DNA of 64,000 nt from Syntrophomonadaceae bacterium (GTDB lineage: Bacteria; Bacillota; Syntrophomonadia; Syntrophomonadales; Syntrophomonadaceae). This document shows, one piece after another, positions 1 to 8,426 of the stretch. A model generated the notes under the pieces. That model ran no database searches, was not told the origin of the DNA, and was given only the letters and a program-made list of their open reading frames with translations. Every line of letters begins with the position of its first letter. Position 1 is the first letter of the stretch. Location of the stretch: positions 42,489 through 106,488 of the forward strand of contig JAAYZA010000318.1 of assembly GCA_012515055.1 (NCBI GenBank), written 5' to 3'. The position numbers were made by a program, and so were the translations under genes.

Positions 1-1040
1 AAACCAGGATCTGGCCGATGGAAGATAAACTGACTCCGGAGGACATCTACTGGGGTACCATGCTGGCCATAATAGAAATGATCAAATCAGGGACCACTAC
101 TTTTGCTGATATGTACTTTGCCATGGATGAAGTAGCCCAGGCAGTTGAAAAAACCGGGATGAGAGCCTGTTTATCCCGGGGCATGGTCGGTATTGGTCCC
201 CAGGCGGAGCAGGCCATCATTGACAGCCAGGAACTGACCAAAAAATGGCATAAGCAGGGGGAGGGAAGGATCACCACCATGCTGGGCCCCCATGCCCCCT
301 ATACCTGCCCGCCGGATTATCTGGCCCGGGTTGCTGACATAGCCTTTGATCTGGGGGTTGGTGTCCACATTCATTTAGCTGAAACCCTGGGGGAGGTAAA
401 GGATATTGTTCAGCAATACGGTAAAACCCCGGCAGCTTTATTGCAAGATACGGGCTTGTTTAAAAACCATGTTCTGGCCGCCCATTGTGTTCATCTTAGC
501 CAGGAAGACATTGCTTTGCTGGCGGAAAACAAAGCGGCGGCGGCCCATAATCCGGAAAGCAATATGAAACTGGCCAGCGGCATTGCGCCGGTACCCGCTA
601 TGCTGGCGGCGGGGATAAATGTTGCTTTGGGAACGGACGGGGTTTCCAGCAACAATGATCTGGATATGATGCAGGAAATGCGCACCTGTGCCCTGTTGCA
701 TAAAGTGAACCAGATGGATCCTACCGTAATACCGGCCTATAAAGCCCTGGAAATGGCCACCGTGAATGGTGCCCGGGCTCTGGGACTGGGGGATAATATT
801 GGCATGTTGCGGCCGGGATACATAGCAGATATGATCATAATCGATTTAAATGCGGCCCATCATATACCAAGGTATGATATTACTGCCAATGTGGTTTATT
901 CCGGACAAGCCAGTGATGTTGAAACCGTAATAATCAATGGGCGGGTGGTCATGGAGAATCGCCGGATCCTGACCCTGGATGAGGAAGAGGTTTTTGCCCA
1001 GGCTAAAAAAATTGCTGCCCGCTTGAGTGCCGAGCAATAA
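1..1040 (+). CDS. mtaD: Amidohydrolase, 5-methylthioadenosine/S-adenosylhomocysteine deaminase type (5' end outside window)
   Basis: The frame is open from the window edge. Metal-dependent amidohydrolase motifs are present (HIHLAET, AAHCVHL, GTDGVSSNNDLD). 340 aa are visible, and the N-terminal metal-binding region appears to lie outside the window. Confidence 0.75.
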   Translation, partial: TRIWPMEDKLTPEDIYWGTMLAIIEMIKSGTTTFADMYFAMDEVAQAVEKTGMRACLSRGMVGIGPQAEQAIIDSQELTKKWHKQGEGRITTMLGPHAPYTCPPDYLARVADIAFDLGVGVHIHLAETLGEVKDIVQQYGKTPAALLQDTGLFKNHVLAAHCVHLSQEDIALLAENKAAAAHNPESNMKLASGIAPVPAMLAAGINVALGTDGVSSNNDLDMMQEMRTCALLHKVNQMDPTVIPAYKALEMATVNGARALGLGDNIGMLRPGYIADMIIIDLNAAHHIPRYDITANVVYSGQASDVETVIINGRVVMENRRILTLDEEEVFAQAKKIAARLSAEQ

Positions 1041-1111
1041 GTAAAAAGCTTAAACCGGGACTGTTTACAAAGGTGGGCAAACATTTCCAGCCTCCCTCTA
1101 AATGGTTATAC

Positions 1112-1136
1112 ATAATATAATTATCTATTATATTAT
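1112..1136. promoter_or_regulatory. Perfect 10-bp inverted repeat (ATAATATAAT-tatct-ATTATATTAT), candidate operator
   Basis: Read directly from the sequence. It lies in the 466-nt spacer between mtaD and the fdh operon. It is AT-only, so it is unlikely to work as a terminator hairpin. Confidence 0.35.
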
Positions 1137-1506
1137 AAAAAGCTTGCAGGAAGGACCTATCTTAAGTTGAATTTAGTATATAGTAGGGGTGTGTGCTTTT
1201 TCAAAAATAAGTTCGTTTTTTCACATAAAGTTTTTTAACCGGTTGAAATTTCAGTTTTGGTAAAAAATAGAGCCGCTAAAAAGGCATATTCAACAATTAA
1301 AAATAAATAAAACCATGTTCCGAATTGTCTGCCTAAAGCTGTTGAGCAATGGCTGCCAATCATTGGGCAAGTTTGGAAACGAATTTACCTCCCATCGCGG
1401 AAAGGAGCATATGTATTACTGCGATTCCAGCCGGAATCAGCAGGATACATTGCAACCTATTTCCCCGGTGGGATTTTTATTATGTTTTTGTAAAGGAGGT
1501 GAACAG

Positions 1507-1953
1507 ATGGCTAACTATAAGGATTTGATTGCCGGGCAGCAAAATAAAAAAGGGGGCATTATTGAGGCCTTCCATGCAATTCAAGCAGAATATAATTATA
1601 TTCCCCAGGAGGCTTTGAAAGAAGCAGCCAGAGCATTTGGCATATCCGAGGCCAGGGCTTATGGGGTAGCAACCTTTTATTCCTACCTGTCGGTGGAAAA
1701 AAGGGGAAAATATATTGTCAGGATGTGTGAAAGCGCCCCCTGTCATGTAGCAGGAGCTGATGCTGTCCTGGAGGCAATTCAAAAACATTTGGGGGTTGGG
1801 GTTGGTGAAACTACCGCTGATGGCAAATTTACCGTGGAATTATGTGAGTGCATTGGACAATGTCAAGCCACACCGGTAATAACCGTCAATTCGCTGCCGG
1901 TATTCAATGTCAAACCGGAGGATGTTCCCAGGATATTAAGTGAGTATAAATAA
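1507..1953 (+). CDS. NuoE/HydC-like [2Fe-2S] thioredoxin-like subunit of NAD-linked formate dehydrogenase
   Basis: ATG at 1507 follows the SD AAAGGAGG. Cys pattern MCESAPCH...CECIGQC matches NuoE. The upstream part of ORF 1315..1953 has no SD and is not protein-like. Confidence 0.85.
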   Translation: MANYKDLIAGQQNKKGGIIEAFHAIQAEYNYIPQEALKEAARAFGISEARAYGVATFYSYLSVEKRGKYIVRMCESAPCHVAGADAVLEAIQKHLGVGVGETTADGKFTVELCECIGQCQATPVITVNSLPVFNVKPEDVPRILSEYK

Positions 1954-1962
1954 AAAAGGGGG

Positions 1963-3189
1963 GTGAGAAACGTGGGAGAAAAACGTGTTTTGTTGGAATA
2001 CGCTGATCAGATAAATCCGGAGAGTGCAGAGGATTATATCAAGGTCGGCGGTTATAAAGGTCTGGAGAAAGCCCGGTCCATGGAAAAGAAAGCTTTGATC
2101 GACGAAGTAAAGAAATCCGGATTGCGGGGCAGGGGCGGAGCAGGGTTCAATGCTGGAATGAAATGGAGCTTTGTACCCCAGGACGCACCAGTCAAATATG
2201 TAGTCTGCAACCTGGATGAGGGGGAACCGGGTACTTATAAAGACCGTATTATATGTGAAAAAAATGCTCAGGCATTGTTGGAAGGAATGGCCATTTGCGG
2301 TGCGGCAATAGGGTCGGACCTTGGTTACATTTATTGTCGGGGTGAGTATCCTTTCGTAGTGGAATTATTAAGAAATGCTGTTAAAAGCGCCAAAGATGCC
2401 GGAGCTTTGGGAGATTTTGACATTGAAGTCAGAATGGGAGCCGGAGCGTATGTATGCGGCGAAGAAACTGCTTTGATCGAATCCATCGAAGGTCATCGGG
2501 GTGAACCGAGATTCAAGCCGCCTTTTCCAGGTGTAGCAGGATTATGGGGAGTCCCCACGGTAGTCAACAATGTGGAAACATTTGCCTGTCTGCCTTATAT
2601 CCTGGTCAATGGAGCAGAATGGTTTGCCGGTATAGGTGCGGAAAAATATCCCGGCACCAAAGTGCTTACTTTGACAGGTGATATCAATAACGCCACATAT
2701 TTTGAAGTACCCACAGATTATAAACTGCGGGATGTAATATATGAATTGGGCGGCGGCATGAAAAACGGCAAAAAATTTAAAGCAGTTCAGGTAGGCGGAA
2801 CCTCCGGTGCTTTTATACCGGAAGAGAATCTGGATACACCTATTGATTTTGATTCAATGGGAGCAATAGGAGCAGCTTTGGGTTCAGGTGCGGTCCTGGT
2901 CCTGGATGAAACCAGGGATATAGTAGATACGGTGACCCGCATCGCCAAATTCTTTGAACATGAATCCTGTGGCAAATGCAACCCCTGTCGGGAAGGTACC
3001 TTCAGAATGTATGAAATGCTGACCAGAATAAATGAAGGTAAGGGTACAGGAAAAGACCTGGACAATATTCTGCGATTGGCCAAAACTATGAGAAGGGCAT
3101 CGCTTTGCGGTTTGGGGCAAGCTGCCCCCGCTCCGGTCGAATCTACAATCAAGTATTTCAGACATGAGTACACGAGAAAGCTCGTATAA
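1963..3189 (+). CDS. NuoF-like NADH-binding FMN/[4Fe-4S] subunit
   Basis: GRGGAGF and GEPGT motifs, and ESCGKCNPCREG cluster ligands. Tightly linked to the NuoE-like gene and fdhA. Confidence 0.9.
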   Translation: MRNVGEKRVLLEYADQINPESAEDYIKVGGYKGLEKARSMEKKALIDEVKKSGLRGRGGAGFNAGMKWSFVPQDAPVKYVVCNLDEGEPGTYKDRIICEKNAQALLEGMAICGAAIGSDLGYIYCRGEYPFVVELLRNAVKSAKDAGALGDFDIEVRMGAGAYVCGEETALIESIEGHRGEPRFKPPFPGVAGLWGVPTVVNNVETFACLPYILVNGAEWFAGIGAEKYPGTKVLTLTGDINNATYFEVPTDYKLRDVIYELGGGMKNGKKFKAVQVGGTSGAFIPEENLDTPIDFDSMGAIGAALGSGAVLVLDETRDIVDTVTRIAKFFEHESCGKCNPCREGTFRMYEMLTRINEGKGTGKDLDNILRLAKTMRRASLCGLGQAAPAPVESTIKYFRHEYTRKLV

Positions 3190-3212
3190 TCTTTGGAGAA
3201 AGGAGGATTCCG

Positions 3213-5912
3213 ATGATAAATCTTAAAATAGACGGAGTTGAAATACAGGTGCCCAAAGGGACTATGCTGCTGGAGGCCTGCCGACAGGCAGGTGCAGATA
3301 TACCAACTTTGTGCTATGACGAAGACCTGCGGCTGGCCGGGTCCTGTCGGATGTGTGTTGTGGAATGTAAAGGCAGGCCCAATTTACTGGCTGCTTGTGT
3401 AATGCCGGCAGAGAATGGGATGGAGATCTTAACTGAAAGCGAAGATGTTGTGGAAGTACGCAAAGTAATCCTGGAACTTTTAAGTGCACGGCATGTTTTT
3501 GATTGCCATGTATGTGAGAAGGATGGGGAGTGCAAACTACAGGATTACTGCTACAGGTATGGTGTTAAAGAATCAGGTTTTGTGGGAGAAGGGCCTGACT
3601 TTTACAAGGAAGACCCCAACCCCTTCTTCGAGCGGGATTACGATAAATGCATTATGTGTACCCGTTGTATAAGGGTCTGTGAGGAGATTACCGGGGCAGA
3701 TGCCATCGACCTGGAGGATCGGGGACATCGCGCCAGGGTATCAACTGCTTTTAACGGCATTTTAGCCGATTCCACCTGCGTATTTTGCGGGCAATGTGTA
3801 ATGGTTTGTCCGGTTGGAGCATTGACCAGTAAAGTGTCAGCCGGAAAAGGGAAACCTGCTCAAAATAAAAAGGTGCTCACTACCTGCACCTATTGCGGAA
3901 CCGGTTGTACCCTGGAACTCAATGTCAATAACAATAAAGTGGTTGGAGTTACTTCCAATCGGGACAGAGAATATAGTCCGGTTAATAAAGGCGCCCTATG
4001 TGTTAAAGGAAGATTTGGATGGGATTTCATTCATTCACCAGATCGCCTGACAACTCCTTTGATCCGCGAAAATGGGGAACTTCGCCCGGCCAGCTGGGAT
4101 GAAGCCCTGGCCTATACAGCGGATAAACTAAAAGCGGTCAAGGAAAAATATGGTCCTGATGCGCTGGCAATGTTTTCCTCTGCCCGGGTTACCAACGAAG
4201 AAAACTATCTGGCCCAGAAATTTATGCGGGCAGGCATCGGCACTAATAATGTAGACCATTGTGCCCGTCTCTGACACTCCGTTACTGTCGCCGGTCTGGG
4301 GGCAGCATTTGGAAGTGGCGCAATGACCAATTCTGTAAATGAACTGGAAAATGATGCTAAATGTATATTCTTAATTGGGACCAATACTACTGAAAACCAT
4401 CCGGTCATCGGCTATAAGATCCGCCAGAATGTAAGAAAAAATGGGGCAAAACTCATCGTAGCCGACCCGCGGAAAATTGAACTGGCTGAAATAGCCGATA
4501 TTTATTTGAAATTCCGTCCCGGTACTGATGTGGCACTGGTGAATGGAATGATGAATGTCATCATCAATGAGGGCCTTCTGGATGAAGATTTCATAAAGAA
4601 CCGCACCGAAGGCTATGAAGAATTTGCTGAGACAGTGAAAAAATATACTCCTGAAGTGGCAGCAGAAATAACCGGGGTGTCGGCAGAAGATATTATCAGG
4701 GCAGCACGTCTTTATGCAGAATCTGAAGCGGCAGCACTTTGCTATGCCATGGGTGTTACCCAGCATAGTACCGGTACTGAAAACGTTAAAACCATGTGTA
4801 ACCTGGCACTGCTGACCGGAAATCTTGGTCGCCCGGGGACGGGCGTGAACCCCTTAAGAGGTCAGAACAATGTACAGGGCGCCTGTGATATGGGGGCACT
4901 GCCCAATGTGTATCCAGCTTATCAACAGGTGAGCAATGAAGCCAATAAAGAGAAGTTTGAAAAAGCCTGGGGTGTTCCCTTATCAGGAACAAATGGCTGG
5001 ACTTTGACTGAAGCTATCGGCCATGCCCACCATGGGGAACTGAAAGCATTGTATGTGCTGGGGGAAAACCCCATGATGAGTGATCCGGACATAAATCATG
5101 TGGAGGAAGCCCTGAACAATCTGGATTTCCTGGTGGTGCAGGACATCTTTATGACCGAGACTGCGGAACTGGCTGATGTGGTATTACCGGGAGTATCTTT
5201 TGCAGAAAAAGATGGAACTTTCAGCAATACCGAACGCAGGGTGCAAAGGGTCCGGCAGGCTATCACACCCATCGGTGACTCCCGTCCTGACTGGCAGATA
5301 ATCTGTGAGATCTCAACACTATATGGTTATCCCATGGAGTACGGGACTATCGAAGAAGTATTTGAGGAGATCAGAACAGTTGCGCCTTCATATGCCGGTA
5401 TCACCTATGAAAGAATTGATAAATCCGGCATTCCCTGGCCCTGTCCTACAGTTGAGCATCCGGGAACACCGATACTGCATTCTGCCCAATTCAGCAGAGG
5501 CCTGGGTCTGTTCCATGCCATCGACTTTAAGGAACCGGTGGAATCGCCCTGTGAAGAGTATCCTCTGATTTTAACTACGGGCAGAAATCTATTCCATTAC
5601 CATACGGGGACAATGACCAGACGCTCTACGGCCCTGGATGAGCACCGGCCTTATAATGAAGTTGAAATCAATCCGGTCACAGCAGCGCAAATGAGCATAG
5701 TTGACGGAGAAATGGTCAGATTGAGTACCAGGAGGGGCAGTATTGAGTTAAGAGCCCATGTCAATGATATCGTCAGTGAAAATGTGGTGTTTACCACTTT
5801 CCACTACAAAGAAGCAGCGGCTAATATGCTAACCAATGCAGATGCTTTGGATCCGACGGCCAAGATACCAGAATATAAGGTATCAGCAGCCAAATTAGAA
5901 AAAATAAGCTAG
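3213..5912 (+). CDS. fdhA: Formate dehydrogenase catalytic subunit, selenocysteine-containing, with NuoG-like N-terminal Fe-S domains
   Basis: ORFs 3213..4274 and 4323..5912 share one frame. They are joined by TGA at 4272-4274 in the conserved context [28 protein letters not shown]. Molybdopterin oxidoreductase motifs occur throughout. Confidence 0.9.
4275..4304 (+). promoter_or_regulatory. Candidate bacterial SECIS hairpin for the fdhA UGA
   Basis: Stem UGUCGCC/GGGGGCA (one G-G mismatch) with loop GGUCU. The stem starts 11 nt after the UGA, resembling my recollection of the E. coli fdhF hairpin. Confidence 0.55.
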
Positions 5913-5920
5913 ACAGATGA

Positions 5921-5951
5921 AAAACAGCCCCCATACTATGGGGGCTGTTTT
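5921..5951. terminator. Bidirectional intrinsic terminator between convergent fdhA and fdhE
   Basis: Perfect 14-bp stem AAAACAGCCCCCAT/ATGGGGGCTGTTTT with a 3-nt loop. A and T runs flank it on both sides. Confidence 0.85.
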
Positions 5952-5973
5952 TATTTGGTATTTTGTTTCTGGC

Positions 5974-6804
5974 TCAATCATCATGATTGGTATAGCCTTT
6001 TTCCCTGGCAAGGAGATCCAGATAAATGGTTTCCATGTTGGCGATATATAAATCTATGATTTTGGTTTTTTGCCTTTCGTCGTAAGTTTTTAAATAGCCC
6101 TTACATTTATCGCAGACATAAAGATGATAGGCATCATCCTCTTCGACGTTCAAATACTTGATAGAGGAGGGCTCATCATTCCCGCAGTGGACACATTGCA
6201 AATAACGGGTTTCCCATTCCGAGAAACAGCGGTCGCAAAACATAAAACGACGATTATCCGATGAGCTTACGCGGCTGAAATTGGATTTACTGCCGCAAAT
6301 CGGACAGATATTAGGAAACTGCCACAGGTGATGGTCATCTTTTAACAAATCCTGCACATAGGGCCGGGCATAAACCCGTAAAAATGGCCTTAAGGCCTGC
6401 TCAAAGGTAAAGACCAGCATTTCCTGGGTCAGTTCCACTCGGGGGGCCAGTTCATTAAAATGATCCCCCATGTCAGAAACGATCAGACTGGCGATTATTT
6501 GTTTCAGGTCCAATCGATCTAATTCCAGTTGTAATTTTTCCATTGATTCCTTGAGCTCGGGGCGCTTTTGTTTTAAAAAGTCAATTATAACGGTTAAAAC
6601 AGATTTATAAAGCAAGGGGTCAACAGCCAGTCCGTGAAGTTCGATAAATGATCTGCTGCCAGAGCCCAAATGCTTTTTTAAATCAAAGGTATCAAACTGG
6701 ACCGATTTAGCCAGGAGGATTTGCTGCTGATTCTGAATGTTTTCCAGTTCAGTAAAAAAATCTAAAAAACCTTCCGGGAGTGTTACCGGGGTTTCCCTCT
6801 TCAA
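5974..6804 (-). CDS. fdhE: Formate dehydrogenase accessory protein FdhE
   Basis: Four Cys pairs (CPICG, CDRC, CVHCG, CDKCKGY) in the FdhE arrangement. It lies downstream of fdnGHI on the same strand. Confidence 0.8.
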   Translation of the reverse strand: MKRETPVTLPEGFLDFFTELENIQNQQQILLAKSVQFDTFDLKKHLGSGSRSFIELHGLAVDPLLYKSVLTVIIDFLKQKRPELKESMEKLQLELDRLDLKQIIASLIVSDMGDHFNELAPRVELTQEMLVFTFEQALRPFLRVYARPYVQDLLKDDHHLWQFPNICPICGSKSNFSRVSSSDNRRFMFCDRCFSEWETRYLQCVHCGNDEPSSIKYLNVEEDDAYHLYVCDKCKGYLKTYDERQKTKIIDLYIANMETIYLDLLAREKGYTNHDD

Positions 6805-6871
6805 ACCATCACCCTCTTATATTTTTCTATTCAAATATCAGTATGGCAAAATTGCCGTCAGTTGTAAAGCA

Positions 6872-6899
6872 AAAATGGGGGAAGGTATTCCCCCATTTT
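6872..6899 (-). terminator. Strong hairpin between fdnI and fdhE (internal terminator or attenuator)
   Basis: Perfect 12-bp stem AAAATGGGGGAA/TTCCCCCATTTT with loop GGTA. A U-rich 3' side exists on either strand. Confidence 0.6.
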
Positions 6900-6920
6900 A
6901 TATATACTGTTGGATCAGGC

Positions 6921-7619
6921 TTACGCTTCTTCCTCTTCGGCTTCGTCCTTTTGTCCATAGGTCTCTTCATACCAGATGGCGTGGTGCGCCTTGGCCCAAT
7001 CTTCCCTGACAGTACCTTTCCACATACCCCAGAATGATTCGCCGGAACCGGGGTGGAAGGAGCCCAGGTAGCCATGCATACATACCATGCAGGTGGCCAG
7101 GACCATCGCAATATCATGGGTGGGATAGGCGATCAGCACCATCCATTTGGGGAAGATCGTCGGGAACCACATGATATATCCGCTGATTGCCAGAAGAATA
7201 ACCATGGTCGGTGTTACTAATGAGTTGCCTTTTTCACCGCCGTTAAATTTGGTCTGGGGCGGGATATTGACGTGAAAGCCCAGGAACTCAGCGGGGAACT
7301 TCAATAAAAAGCCGATATCATTCATGCCAAAACGAAGGATATCTTTTATCCAGGCTATAATAACGCGGAAATTGAATAGTATAAAATATGCTATTATCAG
7401 GGTCAGTGCTACAGCAGCAACCCGATGCACAATTCCGGCCCCTACATATCCGCCGAAAATTGCTGCTAACCAGTCTACACTATCAAAGAACAGGGCTAAA
7501 CCAGTAAAAAGGCATAGTATAAAAGTTACAGTGTGTCCCCAGTGAGTAAAACGAGATACAAAATTGAACCTTTCCACGCGGGGGATATCTTCCCTATACT
7601 CATGAAGTAATTGCATCAT
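6921..7619 (-). CDS. fdnI: Formate dehydrogenase gamma subunit, b-type cytochrome membrane anchor
   Basis: Several hydrophobic, probably membrane-spanning, segments with conserved His residues (FTHWGH, IVHRV). It overlaps the fdnH stop by 20 nt. Confidence 0.75.
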   Translation of the reverse strand: MMQLLHEYREDIPRVERFNFVSRFTHWGHTVTFILCLFTGLALFFDSVDWLAAIFGGYVGAGIVHRVAAVALTLIIAYFILFNFRVIIAWIKDILRFGMNDIGFLLKFPAEFLGFHVNIPPQTKFNGGEKGNSLVTPTMVILLAISGYIMWFPTIFPKWMVLIAYPTHDIAMVLATCMVCMHGYLGSFHPGSGESFWGMWKGTVREDWAKAHHAIWYEETYGQKDEAEEEEA

Positions 7620-8424
7620 TTTCTACCTCCTTCCCTTTGTCAATATCTTTATTTTTGTTTTTATTGGCGATCAGTCTGGAAGTAACAAAACTGACACCTG
7701 AAGCGCCCAGGAACAGGGGAATCAGCCAGCTGGCATAGGGTTGTACATAATCCTGCCAGACGGTGACCTGGGGATGTTTGGGATTTACCGGCAGGCCAAA
7801 TTTGTCCGGGGTGTCAGTTAAAACATAGAGCTTATTAAGTCCCCCCAGTTCCAGTTTTCCATAAATAGTGGCATTGGGGAAACCATTGGCCTGTAATTTT
7901 TTAGCCCTGTCTTCGGCAATTTGCATCAGCTCATCCCGGTCTCCGAACATTAAAGCACCGGAGGGACAGGTTCTGGCACAGGCAGTCGTCAGGCCCTCTT
8001 CGACCCGATCATTACAAAGGGTGCATTTGGTTATTATGTCCAGGCGTTTAAGGTATTTGGGTATATCAAAGGGACAAGCAGTTGCACAATACTGGCAGCC
8101 AATGCATTTGTCAGGGTCATGGACCACTGCACCCCAGCCCGAATAGGACAAGGCACCCCGGGGGCATACTTTTACACAGTTGGCTTCAAAGCAATGCATG
8201 CACTGCCGTTTGAGAAAGTTCCAGCTCACACCATGGACCGGATCCTCGGACTCAAAAAATTTGATGATGGTATAGGTTACCGGATCGGTATCATCATGAG
8301 TCTGATAATGGCCTTTAAAAGGTTTTATGGAAGCCGGAAGCTGGTTCCAATCCTTGCAGGCTATCTGGCAACCACGGCAGGCTGTACATCTGCTGACATC
8401 AAAAAGATTTGTTTTATTAGCCAT
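7600..8424 (-). CDS. fdnH: Formate dehydrogenase beta subunit, 4x[4Fe-4S] ferredoxin with C-terminal TM helix
   Basis: Start taken at MANKTN (ATG 8424), 7 nt after GGAGGG. Four CxxCxxC(x)nCP motifs. Hydrophobic C-terminal anchor. Confidence 0.85.
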   Translation of the reverse strand: MANKTNLFDVSRCTACRGCQIACKDWNQLPASIKPFKGHYQTHDDTDPVTYTIIKFFESEDPVHGVSWNFLKRQCMHCFEANCVKVCPRGALSYSGWGAVVHDPDKCIGCQYCATACPFDIPKYLKRLDIITKCTLCNDRVEEGLTTACARTCPSGALMFGDRDELMQIAEDRAKKLQANGFPNATIYGKLELGGLNKLYVLTDTPDKFGLPVNPKHPQVTVWQDYVQPYASWLIPLFLGASGVSFVTSRLIANKNKNKDIDKGKEVENDAITS

Positions 8425-8426
8425 AA

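Noticed and set aside
1315-1506. Upstream extension of the NuoE-like ORF
   Set aside because: The translation is not protein-like, and there is a strong SD directly before ATG 1507. The region is treated as leader RNA.
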